Of a DNA stretch of 64,000 nucleotides, positions 36,258-52,653 are shown piece by piece; the stretch's first letter is position 1, and each line of letters starts with the position of its first letter. Below the pieces are notes generated by a model. That model saw nothing but the letters and a program-made list of their open reading frames with translations. It ran no database searches and was not told the DNA's origin. A program made the translations under genes and the position numbers. The DNA lies in assembly GCF_024521635.1 (NCBI RefSeq), contig NW_026250423.1, positions 1 through 64,000 on the forward strand, in the 5' to 3' direction. This DNA is from Tricharina praecox. Its lineage: Eukaryota.

Positions 36258-37546
36258 TCACGATATCCCCCGTTGCTTGACCATCCTACAGATCTGTTCC
36301 TTGCATGCCTTCTCCGCCGCCGTCAGCGTGAAGGGCTCCCACAGCTCGTACAACGATATTATCTCCTGCGTGCAATCGATGATCGCCTCCATATCCACCT
36401 TCGACTCGGCATACCACTCTATCAACCGGGTTATCCGATTCTGTGGTCCCTGACCGCTTGCCGAGAGGCCGGATTCGCCGCCCCCGCTGCCGGACATAAC
36501 ACCTCCGCCCATGACGCCCCCACCCATGATTCCTCCGCCCATAATACCTCCACCACCGTTGCTGCTACTACTCCCACCACCACCGCCACTACTACTACCA
36601 TTACCATTACCATTACCCCCCATGACCCCGCCACCACCCCCGCCTCCAGCACCACCGCCTGCAGCGGCCGCCGCCGCCGCAGTCGCAGCAGCATGAAGGC
36701 TCGCCTGGGAGATCGACGGCTTCAGCACGACGGCCAGGAATATCGCCGTGAGCGCGATGACATGCGGGGGATATATCATTGGCAGATCGGTAACGCAAGA
36801 GTCGTTTATCACCTGCCAGGAGGTGGTGTTATCTTCGGGCGTCAACCCGAGCAGCGGCGTGAGCTCAACAAGTGTCCGGTACGGATGGTGCACGATCAGG
36901 TACGAGTTGAGCTCGGATATGACGTAGAACTCGGTCTCAGCTAGCTTTTCGGGGAACGACGGCATTACCTCTATTGGGCCGCGGGGGTCAGCTGGGTGCC
37001 GACAGTCGAGGGGAGGAGCAGGAGGAGCAGGAGCAAGAGGAGGAGGAGGAGGGCGATGAGCGAGCGGGGGTGGGGCGGGAGCGGGAGCGGGGTTCCGAAC
37101 CAGGCCAGCATATCTTCGCCTCGCTGACAACGGTTCGTATGTGCTGAGGACACTCCTCCATCTTCAACGCGAGGTACAGACACGTAGCCATGACCAGGTA
37201 CGGGTTCGTATCGCGTATAGGGACCTTTGTGTAGAATCGGCGCACATACAACTGCGCCGTCGCCAGTGCCTGCTGTCGTGCCTGCATCCGCCGGCCCAAC
37301 CTTGCGATCTCTGTTTGTTGTAAAAAACCACGTATCAGCAAACTGCAGCTCATGTGGGCAATGTGGACACGGGTCAGCTCAAGTACGCTGGTTGAAGTAA
37401 ATGCTCAAATGCCGATAACTCGGCAGCGGATATGCCAGCACTGTTTTCTCGTCGCGCGTGTCGAGCGACGCGCGAGTCTCGGCCAGCTTTTCGCGCGACA
37501 TCTGCCAGTGCAGCCGTTGCGACGAGACCCAGTAGTTTGCTGCCAT
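36258..37546 (-). CDS. SSN8: Cyclin C, Mediator kinase module (Ssn8/Srb11); 3 exons
   Basis: [34 protein letters not shown]...[61 protein letters not shown]. Confidence 0.93.
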
Positions 37547-37664
37547 CGGTGTTTTTTTTCTTTTCTGTGTGTTGGAGGTTGAGTGATGTGCGGTGGAGGA
37601 TGGAGTTGCGACGGACTCCGGAGTGAGAAACACGATAGGTAGATGTAACTAATGCGCACATGAG

Positions 37665-37737
37665 CACGTGATTCGAGACCTGCGACCTGCGGCCTGTGGG
37701 CGTCGGGCGCCGGGTGGAAGGCTGAGGGTTGACGTCA
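37665..37737. promoter_or_regulatory. E-box (CACGTG, 37665) and CRE (TGACGTCA, 37730) upstream of cyclin C
   Basis: Perfect palindromes 120-190 bp upstream of the ATG; function not tested. Confidence 0.3.
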
Positions 37738-38787
37738 GGGTTCAATCAATCCCCTCTTGCGGGTGATGCACGCTAAGCACTTTGTTGCTATTCTACATGG
37801 AGTGAGGCTTTGTTCAGTCTCGTCCTGTCGTTTTTTTCCCCGCGCTTGGAAGAACTTATGTTCTCTACCTACATGCCGGAGTTTGGAATCTTCCGGGCTC
37901 TTCCTGGACTCTTCCTGTGCTGGGTACGACGGGTACCTATGAAATGCGATTGGTACTCTACTGTGATATGTGATACTCTTGGTCGGGACATTCTGGCTGC
38001 TGGTGCACGAATACCTACGGTACTCGAGACACGACACGGCGGCATCCGAAATGCGGTGTCGCACTGTCGCGTCGTGCAGCCACTCACTCGAGTCCACGGA
38101 TCCGATCTGGAGATGATGTGAGGTACATCGACATCTCACGTCCCCCGTGACGGTACTGGGTAATGTTGAGAGCACGCGCGCACCGGTACACCCACTTCCG
38201 TGCAAGTTTCTGCGGTACGGTAAACCTTAAAGCCGACGGGACGGGGATTGCTGGATTTCACTCTCGTCTTGAAGGCAGAGGCGCACGGATGTTTGCGCGA
38301 CATCCACGGGTTAATGAGTTCTCACCTGGATGTCGACTGGCTCAGCGCGAGCTCTCTATGTAGGACTCGGATTTCGAGTTGGAAATGGAATGACAGCTCA
38401 TATATCAGGTCTCCACCGAGTCGCAAGCTGTCTCGCGGAGATGGATCAAGGCAAATGCATGATTTCGCACGAAATTATCAATCACGGTCAAAGTTTTCCA
38501 TTGGCCACCGACTCGCTTATAAACTTTCGTTCAACGGTATTTAATTCGTCGGGGCCAAGGCGTACACGTGATCGGGGAATAAAGTATCTGCGGGCGGCAT
38601 CCCCCAACCCTGGCTCGTTTGTGACACACGGGTCGGGCTTGCAGGGTCACAACTTACTTTCACTCCTCCAACACGCAAACCCTCAGCAACGACCATTGCA
38701 ACGGCAACCTCCCCACCACCACCCACAAACATCCACCACTCTGTTTCACGACCCGCATCCTCCTCTGCGGCGACTTCATACCTGAAC

Positions 38788-41066
38788 ATGCACGACCAAG
38801 CGACTGAGAAAGCAGCGGCGGAGGAGCGTCTCGAGCAGCTGGTAAGTTTGCGCTCGCCCTGTCTGCACGAAGCTTTAACCTTTTTCCCTCGGCGCATGAG
38901 CCGCATCCTGATGTGCACTTTTGACTGACGCTGTGCGCGCGCTCGTCGGACTCACAGTTCAAGAAACTCGATACGCGCGGCGAAGGCCACCTCGATTACG
39001 ACGGTTTGCGCGCCGGACTTGTCCGCATAAACCACCGTACGTTCCGCTCCGTCCGCTCGCTGCGTTCTCCTCTTTCCCCGCGCACACAACAACACAACAA
39101 CCTACAAACCCTTGTCGCGAGACGACGACAACACCGCGTTGGTGTATTCATTTTACTTACGTGCTACACAGCACTCAAGGATGCGGACCACCTGATCCAG
39201 GGGATCCTCGCGGCGGTAGACACGTCCCGGGACGGACTGATCCAGTACTCGGAGTTTCGGCGCTTCTTCGCGGGCGCGGAACAGGAACTCTGGCGCATCT
39301 TTAACTCTGTCGACATAGATGGTAATGGCCATATCGATCGCAAGGAACTGGCGCTCGCGCTTTCCCGTGCACATATCGTTGTCGATCCGCCCGAGAGGCT
39401 GGAGGAGTTCTTCCGCTCGTTTGATAGGAATAGCGATGGAGGTATGGTCCCCCCCTGTGGACCCCCGGGAGGGAGTGAATGAGTGGATGGGATCAGTGCT
39501 GATGCGGTTTTTTGGCGCGAGCAGAAATATCGTTCGAAGAGTGGAGGTGCGATCTTGTGCGCCGTGATGTGTGCGCTCAACTGCTGACTTACTGCATGTT
39601 CAGGGACTTCCTCCTCTTCATGCCTCACGACAAGGCATCACTGCGCACCATCTACAGCTACTACCTCTCGACCGTCAATGTCAACCCCGAAGGAGACGTC
39701 AATGTTAGCGATGAGCTTAATTTGCAGGGTTTAGGTACAACCTTCAAATTTCCTTTCGTCGTGTCTGTAGATCCCCTTCAGACGTTCACGGAGGCTATGG
39801 ATATGGCCGCCGAGTATTCATACACAGTCGTCGACAGGCCGTGGATGCCTGGTCTAGGTATTACTGCTACTGTTGACCACCTGTGGTCCCCTTCGCTGGA
39901 TTTCCTTGCTTCTTGGATCCCTTCGTGGTGCACGAGCGGTTTATTAACCCAAATCCCTGGTGTAGGATACTTTCTCGCTGGAGGTGTCGCTGGTGCGCTG
40001 TCGAGAACCGCGACTGCCCCTTTGGATCGCCTCAAGGTATACATGATCGCGCAGACCGGCAAGTCTGCCGTCGACGCTGTGGGTAAAGGCCAGCCTGTTG
40101 TGGCGGCAGCCACAGCTGCTAGACCCCTCGCGAATGCGATTGCGCATGTCTGGAGGAGTGGAGGAATTAGAGCTTTCTTCGCAGGTGAGAAAATTCGGGG
40201 TATGGCATGAATGAGCGCATCACTAACACCGACAGGTAACGGACTAAACGTGATCAAGGTCTTGCCCGAATCGGCCATCAAGTTCGGCTCCTTTGAGGCC
40301 GCAAAGCGCACCTTCGCACGGATGGAGGGCGCCGACGATGTCACGAACATCTCGCCGCTTGCTCGGTTCATGGCTGGTGGTGTCGGTGGAGTTGTATCGC
40401 AGTTCGCGGTTTATCCGGTCGACACTCTGAAGTTGTAAGTTGCTCAGTCCACTATTGATGCCCGGTGACATGGCTGAACCCCTCTTTAGTCGCCTGCAGT
40501 GCGAAATGGTGGAGAACGGATCCCGTGGAAACAAACTCGTGACCGAAGTGATGCAGAAGACCTGGAAGGGCGGCTTGCCCAGTTTCTACCGCGGCCTCCC
40601 CCTCGCCCTTATCGGAATCTTCCCTTACTCCGCCATCGACCTCGGCACGTTCGAATACCTCAAGAGAGCCTACGTCAAGAAACACGCCAAAGCTCATGGC
40701 ACTCCAGAGGAGGATATCCGTGTGCCCATATGGGTGACGCTTTGTATAGGAGCAACGAGCGGTAGTGTCGGTGCCACAATGGTCTATCCGATCAACCTGC
40801 TTCGCACGCGTCTCCAGGCGCAGGGAACCTCACACCATCCGCAGACCTACACTGGAATGTGGGACGTCACCGTTCGTACCTTCAAGGCGGAGGGCATGAG
40901 GGGTATGTACCGTGGTTGGACTCCCAACCTTATGAAGGTCATCCCCGCTGTCTCCATCGTAAGTTCACCCCCAACCCGAGCACGAGAAACATTCGAGCAT
41001 TCGTTAACGACATGACAGTCCTACGCGGTCTACGAGAACCTGAAAACCGCCATGGGACTGAAGTGA
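38788..41066 (+). CDS. SAL1: Calcium-binding mitochondrial ATP-Mg/Pi carrier (Sal1/SCaMC); multi-exon
   Basis: EF-hands (DTRGEGHLD, DTSRDGLIQYSEF, DIDGNGHIDRKEL, DRNSDG|EISFEEW), then three carrier repeats (SRTATAPLDRLKV, YPVDTLK, YPINLLRTRLQ). Confidence 0.93.
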
Positions 41067-43052
41067 AGGTACTAGTATGTGTTATGTTGCGCTTCACGAT
41101 TTCATTTTGTATTTTCTTTCCCAGGTGTTTGTTTCATTTTCAATTTTCATGTAGGGTGTTTGTTGGATTGGGGGATTTTTTTAAGCTACCTAGCGTTGAG
41201 ATTTCGTTTCATTCATTGTCTTCAGCGGGAGCAAAGGGGGGTCTCATTTTCATTTTCCTTTTCCTTTCCTTTTCCTTTTCCTTTTCCTTTTCCTTTTAAA
41301 TTCCCACGGTAAACCGACGGCGTTCCTGTTTCCTTATTATCCCTTTTCTTTTTCGTTTTCTATATTTGTGGATTTATGGTATTTTCTGGGTTGTCTTTTG
41401 TGGGTTTGCTGTTGGTGTTGGCTAGATGGATGGTCATATGATATCACTCGGGTGGGTTGCACATAGAGTAGAGGTAGAGCTGCGGAGCTGGTAAATGAAT
41501 GGTTACATACACGCAAGATTTTGGTGATCGATCAAAGGATGAGCGAAGGGGTCGTGGGAAGGCTGGGGAAGAAGAAGGTAGGTCTGACCTTGAACCTGAA
41601 TAGATGCTGGTATGTAAGACTGTCAGATGCCTCCGCCGAAATGTCCTGATATAGGTACCGGTATCTGGTCTCGGTGGGCTCGGTCCCTACGAGCTCCTAT
41701 CCATCCCAAACATCGAAACAAACGTTCAGGACCCCGCGTCCCGTACATACAGATGCACCTTTCTCTGAACCCACGGGTACATACCGCTCCGCTTTTCGCA
41801 ACCCCGTACCTATCATACCGAAAGCCCCCGCCTATAGTATGCAGATGCAACACCCGGGGAGCATGGAACTTCCGATTCAGGACTTTCGGGAAACGTGTAC
41901 CTGTATCTGGGCAGTACCATAGGTATCCACGGACGGGTAGTGGGTATCTAGGGCCGGCGGTAGTCACCAGTGAGTGATGATCACGTTACCTATTGATACC
42001 GTATCATAGGTACCAGTATGAGGCTGTACTGGTAATGTTATAATGGCATTCCGGTGGATCCACGCGGATAGCTAGAGCAGGCATGGAGTTGTAGTGCAGG
42101 TTCCGTCGTGACGACACGAATACTGGTAGAGCCATGTTCTTGAAGCTGGCTTCTGGTTCCCGGAGAACGGCCACAGCACTGGTTCCCGAACATCAGCGTC
42201 CCGCAATGGCGCATGGGAGCAGTTCCCAAAACTGCTGAACTACCGAAATGCTGGTGCCGTCAAGTTTCAACGGTCACTCTGGGACCGAGGACGAGGATGA
42301 GGGATTCGATGCAATTCGTCATGATCTTCGACGGGCTTCAGACCTCCATGCTCCCCGTTGTGCAGAATGGCGGGAAGTTGATGATGATGCGCAGGCACAA
42401 ACTACGCCAAACCGGAATACTCTAGCTCTAGCTCGGCACAAGCAAGGAGGTTAGACTACCGGTACCGCAGTGGTGCTTCAGGAAGGGTCACTCACCTGAC
42501 GTCGATCTTCCATTCCCCCGATCTCTCTCGAGCTCCGGTCCGGGTGGAAAGAAGGAAGGAAAGAAGGAAGGAAGGAAGGAAGGGTTGAGGGTTTGCACTG
42601 TTTCGCCCGGAGGCCGAGGTGAAAGCTGAAAGCTGCGTGGAGGAGCTGGTAGCAAGGTATGGTATGTTACCAGTTCATGCGTAAGGTTGGAACTTTGGGA
42701 TCGATCGCGGTGAGCATTTACGGTATTGGGAAGATGTGGGATGCAATTGGATTGCACGTGGGATTCAATCGAAATCGTCAGGAAACTAAAACGATTTGCG
42801 AATTTCAACCTGAGGCCTGCTCCGCTTGAAGCTTGAAGAACCGGCGGAGACAGTGGGATTGAGATTGTTGAGTGCATTATTTACCTAATCCACTTCCTAA
42901 TCCGCTCTCCTTGATTCGCGATTGATTTCCACCTCCTCCTGAGTCCTCCCAGCTGTACCGTACATACTAGAGTAGATGGCTACTTTAGGGCGTCCGTAGT
43001 TACCAACATAGCATACGCTCGACGATCGTTGCCAAGTACCATGCGTTACCGA

Positions 43053-43060
43053 TGACGTCA
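43053..43060. promoter_or_regulatory. CRE/ATF site TGACGTCA ~240 bp upstream of the small mitochondrial-protein gene
   Basis: Perfect palindrome in the presumed promoter. Confidence 0.3.
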
Positions 43061-43183
43061 ACGCGCAGCCAAGCATCACTCCCTCACTCACTCACGCCCG
43101 CCCGGCCGCATTGCTTCCAAAAAAAAAAGCCAGCAGCTACAGATAAAACCACCGCTTCCCTCTCTCTGAAACCTTCACAATCA

Positions 43184-43216
<33 letters not shown>

Positions 43217-43293
43217 TCGCTACCAATTTAATCTACCACCACCACCACCACCACCTCCTACAGCTCCTACTACAACACACTACACTGCACAAC

Positions 43294-43721
43294 ATGTCCG
43301 CCCTCCGCACACTCACCCGCCACCTCCCGCTCAGAGCGCCGACCGCACGCCTTCTGTCGACCTCTACACGCCTGCAGACCGGCGGCGCCACACGCCACGG
43401 CAACGATCCGGAGGTATTCACGCCCCCTTACCAACATACCTGATTGATGTCTAACTTCGACGGCACAGGTTCTCCAGAAGGGAAAGGAGAGCGTCCTGCG
43501 AAAGCACAGCAAGGACAGCAAGGAGGACCCGCACTGGCACGAGGAATTGGCGAGCGATGCTGAGGCTTTCGTATGCTCTCCCCTTCCCCCTTCGTAATTG
43601 GGGTTTGTTGGCTAATGGGACGGGTGTGCAGGTAAAAGCGAACCGGGGAGAGGTGGATGCTTCTGCTGAAGAGATTACCAAGTTGCAGAATGCCACCAAG
43701 AACAGTGCCGGCAAGAAATAG
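43294..43721 (+). CDS. Small (~103 aa) hydrophilic protein with predicted mitochondrial presequence; 3 exons; missed by the ORF track
   Basis: MSALRTLTRHLPLRAPTARLLSTSTRLQTGGATRHGNDPE|VLQKGKESVLRKHSKDSKEDPHWHEELASDAEAF|VKANRGEVDASAEEITKLQNATKNSAGKK*. Both introns have GTA donors, ctaac/gctaat branch points and cag acceptors. Confidence 0.85.
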
Positions 43722-43993
43722 GCTGGCCGAGTTGTACCTAGGGGTGGGGAATTGAAGAAACCGTTCACGGGCTGGATGGGGTAATGAAAGCTGTATATGA
43801 ATAGTCTATTCCAGTGAATGAGAACGGAAGAAACAAAATAGAAATCAAACTGTTGCAAAATACAAGCCAAACGCGCCAGCCTGAAGAAAACCCCAACCGT
43901 AAACTCCGGAAATAGTAGAAGAAGGATAAACATCGACATAGGAATCTCAGGTAGAGTACAGTTTTCCCACCCCCATCCCCCCTTTCGGAGGGA

Positions 43994-44887
43994 TCATTTC
44001 AGGACTGCAATGAGAAGGACCAGTATGATTATCAGGATGATTATGATCATCAAGCTCCCTAAATCTCGTCAGGTACATATTCGCCATGGGAGGGACCGCA
44101 AAGACTCACCGTGATCTTTCGCCGCTCTCGCCACATGCGTCAACTTCCTCTTCGCCATATCCAGCCTACTCTGGTGTCTGTCGACGAGCGCCTCGACATC
44201 GTCGAGCAGTCTGACATGATCATCGAGCTCGTCTCCGATCTGTATACTCAACTCGCGCTGGTTCCTAATACTAACCGAGAGCCTATCGAGGCTCTCATCC
44301 TGCTCATCGATGACCCTCTGCTGCAGCTGCAGCACCTGCTGATTATCGAGCTCATCCGTGTCGACCAGCGAGTCCCGGAACCGCACCGTCTTGTTGTTTT
44401 TGCGCAGACTGCTGGGCGACTCCCGGCTGCCCATCAACGCTTCGCGCGCCGCCAACTCGTCGAGCGAGTTTTGCGAGCGCGCTGGCGCTCCAAGGTCGAT
44501 CAGGAGATCGCCGCCCACGTCGGCTGGCTTCGACGTCGCCTCCGCAGTAAATTGCGTGTATAGCGATGCGTATTCGCTGCGTAGCTTGGTGAGTTCTTCC
44601 TGGCGCTCGTGGAGGTCGGCGGCGGGTCTGGACGTGCGTCAGTAGACGGAAGGGATGCGTGGGGGAGGCAGGGAGGGAGGAAAGTACAGTTCACCGCTGT
44701 TCTCGAGCTGCTGCTGTTCTCGCTCTAGCTGCTCGATCCCCTGATGCAGGGTGTCGAGACTCCGCGAGATCTCGTGGATAGCGCGGGAGTTTGGTTCCGC
44801 GCCGGAGGAGAGAACGCGTTTTCGGTCGAGCAGCGAGAGCCGGATGTGCTCGTGCAGGAGGTGTAGTCGCTCGACGGTAGTGGACAT
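43994..44887 (-). CDS. SYN8: Syntaxin-8-like Qc-SNARE; 3 exons
   Basis: Habc-like N-terminus, KTVRFRD motif, SNARE motif QQRVIDEQDESLDRLSVSIRNQRELSIQIGDELDDHVRLLDD and a C-terminal TM helix ending IAVLK*. Confidence 0.88.
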
Positions 44888-45375
44888 CGCGGCGATTGGT
44901 GTGTGCGGGAGGGTGCGGGAGGGTGCGGGAGGGTGCGGGAGGGTGTGGTTGGGTTTGCAGTTGGAATGGTGGTGGTGGTGGTGCAAGGCAAAACTATGTA
45001 TCTATGTAGATATTGCCTGTTGCTCGAGGGGTTCGAGAGCTGCCTGCCTCGGGAACTGGAGCTCGTTGCAAGCGTCATTTCTCTCGCACCCTGCACCGCG
45101 CGGACGGGCGGTGGACACTTGAACTCACAACGAAATGAATGTGTCCGGTGCTTTTTTGGATGGTCTATTTTCTCGCGACGATATTTGGCTCGATATCGGA
45201 GTTATTCACGCTCGACATGCATTCATTGATTTTTCGTCACCCAATGCGTTCTCACCGCCCTGCGGCTGTTGCTCTCGAGCTATGGGTAGTTGTATAGAGT
45301 ACAGAGAGCTCTCGAGCAAGTGCGACACCTAATAAATCACCAGCACCTCCACACTCGGTAGTACTACTCTAAACA

Positions 45376-46619
45376 ATGGCCTCGACCTCGATCTCTTCCG
45401 CGACCCTCGACCTGCGATCCCTCATCTACATTGCAGCGGTAGACGAAAACCTCTGCTGTCCAATCTGCCGATCACCCCTCGTGAATCCCGAGACGACCAA
45501 ATGCCGACACACCTTCTGCGCTGACTGCTTAGCCGGTGCGCTCGAGAACAGCGATACCTGCCCCGTCGACCGCAACCCGCTCGGAGCGGGAGATGTTTCC
45601 GCCGCCCCGATCATGATCGCGAACCTAGTTAATGACCTCGAAGTGCGGTGCCCCAATTCGACATTGGGATGTATATCTACCCTCCCCAGGGCGCTGGTGA
45701 AGGGGCATCTGAAGGAGGAGTGCATGTTTGTTGCTGTGGATTGTCCCGGGTGCGACGAAAGCATACTCAGGAGAGATCGGAGGGACGAGGGCTGTATGCA
45801 TGCCGAGGTCGAGTGTGAGCACTGCACGGCGATGATACGGCAGCTGGAGATGGAGGTTTGAACTTGCTCCCACTTGAGCATCGTGGTGGATACTCACGGT
45901 ATCAGGACCACCAAGCGATATGTCCCGGGCTCTCCGCGCCGTGTCAATACTGTACCGTCGAGTTCCCCCGCTCGGACATCAACAGCCACCAATTGACCTG
46001 CGAAGAGGCCATCGTCGTCTGCGAAGCACACACCGTCGGCTGTCCGTGGACCGGGCGTCGCCGTGAAGCCGTCTCTCACGCGGTCTCTTGCGCATTTGTC
46101 TACCTCAGTCCGCTGCTGCACGACCATGCCAGCCGCATCTCGGCCCTCGAACTCGAAAACAAATCACTCCGGAAAAGACTGGACATCCTTATCCCCGCGC
46201 GTCGGAATTCGGAGCGGAGCGAAGACAGCACGCTGAGTGATCAGACGATACAGATACTCACCGAGCAAGAACATATCCGCACCGACCTGGAGAGATTGTT
46301 TGCCGCGCTCACAGATATGGACATCAAGCAGAGCATGTTGACGATGCACATGAGCGATAATATGAGGACGCGGGAAGAGGTCGCGATGATTGGGGCCGCC
46401 GTTAATAATCTGCGTTCGCAGCTCCACGGACTCCAGCTCTTGACGCTGAGGCAGCAATCGAGTTCGTCTAGTTCGAGCGCTACGTCGTCTGCGCCGACGA
46501 GGGCGGGTATTCTGCCCATGCGGAGGATGCATGGTAAACCTGTTCAACCTCTCTGGCGTCCGGTAGCTAACATAGACTTGATAGAAACGGGCCTGGGAAA
46601 TGATCGTGTTAAGCTTTAG
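45376..46619 (+). CDS. RING finger + TRAF-type zinc finger protein with coiled-coil C-terminus (probable E3 ligase); 3 exons
   Basis: VDENLCCPICRSPL...CRHTFCADCL...TCPVDR; LEVRCPN...GC...HL..EC; further Cys/His repeats; coiled-coil tail. Confidence 0.85.
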
Positions 46620-48700
46620 AGCAGCGTATCATCTTTTGCATCTTTGTTTTTGTCTTGTGTGGGCGTTTGGGCTGGCGTTCTTTTGCATGCTTTGTTGCGA
46701 CGTGGGTTTGGATGTTCGACTTGGTTGATTGATTGATTGATTGATTGATTGTTCATACAGCATGGAACCCAAAGGTTATGGCCGATGGACATATCTACAA
46801 TACAACATTTCGACAAAGAAATTCCACCACTAAATCCATACAGAAATGACAAGCCAAATCCCTTCGTCTCGCAATATTTTGAAAGTGAGCCTCCGAAAAG
46901 GCTCGGGTTGTCGGTTTTGCGCTGTAGCGGCGCTTCGTGGCCCTCCTCTTCTCCAAAAGATACCTCCACTCGGTACTACCCTCAACATAACCAGTCTAGC
47001 GCACACGGCATGATGCTCGAAAGGAATCTACGTCTCGGGGTTTGCGTAGCTGTCAAGGCCGGGGCCCGATGAATAGCAGCGAAGATATTTGGATCGAAGG
47101 CGGGACTGGCAAAATGCCGGTTGTCGTGGTCGACGTTGTCCTGGGCCAAGCCCTGAGCTCTCCCCCTGGAGTTCACTCTCCTCCCCGCCGTCGCCGTATC
47201 GCCTACTGAACAGGCTCTCCTAGAGTGATAAAATCGATGATGATGTGCGGGGAAGCGATGGTGAGACTTCTTCAGAGGTTCGGACGCAGCACCCGTGATG
47301 GTGCAGTTCTCCGGCCAGGGACCGAGGCTCGATTGATCTCTATCGCTTCATGCTCATCGTCGTCGAATTCGTCGGTCGGGGCACTCAATCCGCGGTCGGA
47401 AAGAGTGGACACACACGCCACATGAATCCTGAAGCCAAAGTGAGCGGGGCATTTGGTGTGCCAATGCATAGTCTTAGCATTTTTGGAAGGTTGGTGTGGT
47501 TGTCGGAGGTGTGTGTTGGATGTTCGACTTATCCAGCGAGTGGCCTATCTGCAAGCACTCATTCCACATTTTGCAAGCTTTGGCCGACAGGATCGAAAAA
47601 CGCATCTATGAATCGGAAGTTGCTCTTTTATTGAGGTGGACTTGCTTCAGGTTGTATATAGATGGTCGCTTCCGTAGAGACATTCACAAGGTATCACCCA
47701 CAATTGCTGCTCGCAATTGCGCAAATTACCGTATGCCGAGAAGAGTATCGGATCCGTGTAGTTCTAGGTTCACCCGGACAAAGAATAGGCTCATGTCGGC
47801 ACTTGTCACACTTGGGTTCGGGCTTCTAGGTTACGGGGTCTTCCCTTCTGTGCTGCATTGGAGTCGACGGAGCACAAGCATAAATATGGCTTTATATGGG
47901 TTGTCGATAGATGGAGGAGGAGAGAGGGTTAAAATGACCTCAATATTCTCATATTTTCCCCGACCTGGGTCCAAGCCATCCCTATACCGATGGAGTGCAC
48001 TTTGACGCGGTGTATACAAGCAGGAAGTTCCCGCACATTGCTGCTCCCAGCGAACAATGTCAGCCGAGTGAGCAGCAACGGTGCAGAGCCCCCGCGCACG
48101 CCACGCCTCGCTGCCCCTCATTTGGACCGAACAAAAAGCAATCATCATCGCCATCGGTCACACAGCCCCGCAGCAGAGCAGAGCAGCGGAGCAGTACGAA
48201 AAGCACCGGCGATACGCAACACTTCGTTTTTTCCTTCCCACTTCTACTTCTCGATACCCCAAACCTTGCGGGAGTTCTCGTTCTCGTCCTTGCTGTTGAT
48301 ACTTCTGGAGCCTTGTGCTCAGGCTTTAGAATCCGTCTGACAGTGTGAGGATACGACGGCTAGGCATCGATACCTACCTCAGACGGCACCTGCCCTCGGT
48401 GAACGTCACATCTGGGTTGTGCGTGCGTGAGAGAGAGGGGGCGAGGCAGAGAAGGAGTGAGAGAGAGAGGAAAAAACGGAATAGAGCCGGGAAAAGCGCG
48501 TTGAAGCTGTATCTAGCAGCCGCTTCGCCGACCCGCTACTAGCTCGACCAGGCCAACACCCTGCTCTCGGCGATCCCACCGGGAGAGAGGCCAGGACAGC
48601 AACATAACCTCACCTCTCACCACCACACTATCACCTCCACCACCACCTCCTCCGATCACCTCCACCTCCACCTCCACCTCCACCTCCGCCCTTCGCAACA

Positions 48701-52653
<3,953 letters not shown>

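Noticed and set aside
33132..36280. Several long ORFs (338, 348, 293 and 226 aa)
   Set aside because: They arise from microsatellite and purine/pyrimidine-biased DNA lacking stops; no coherent domain, start context or splice structure.
46982..47469. GC-rich short minus-strand ORFs as an orphan gene or pseudogene
   Set aside because: No recognisable homology and no consistent splice path could be built.
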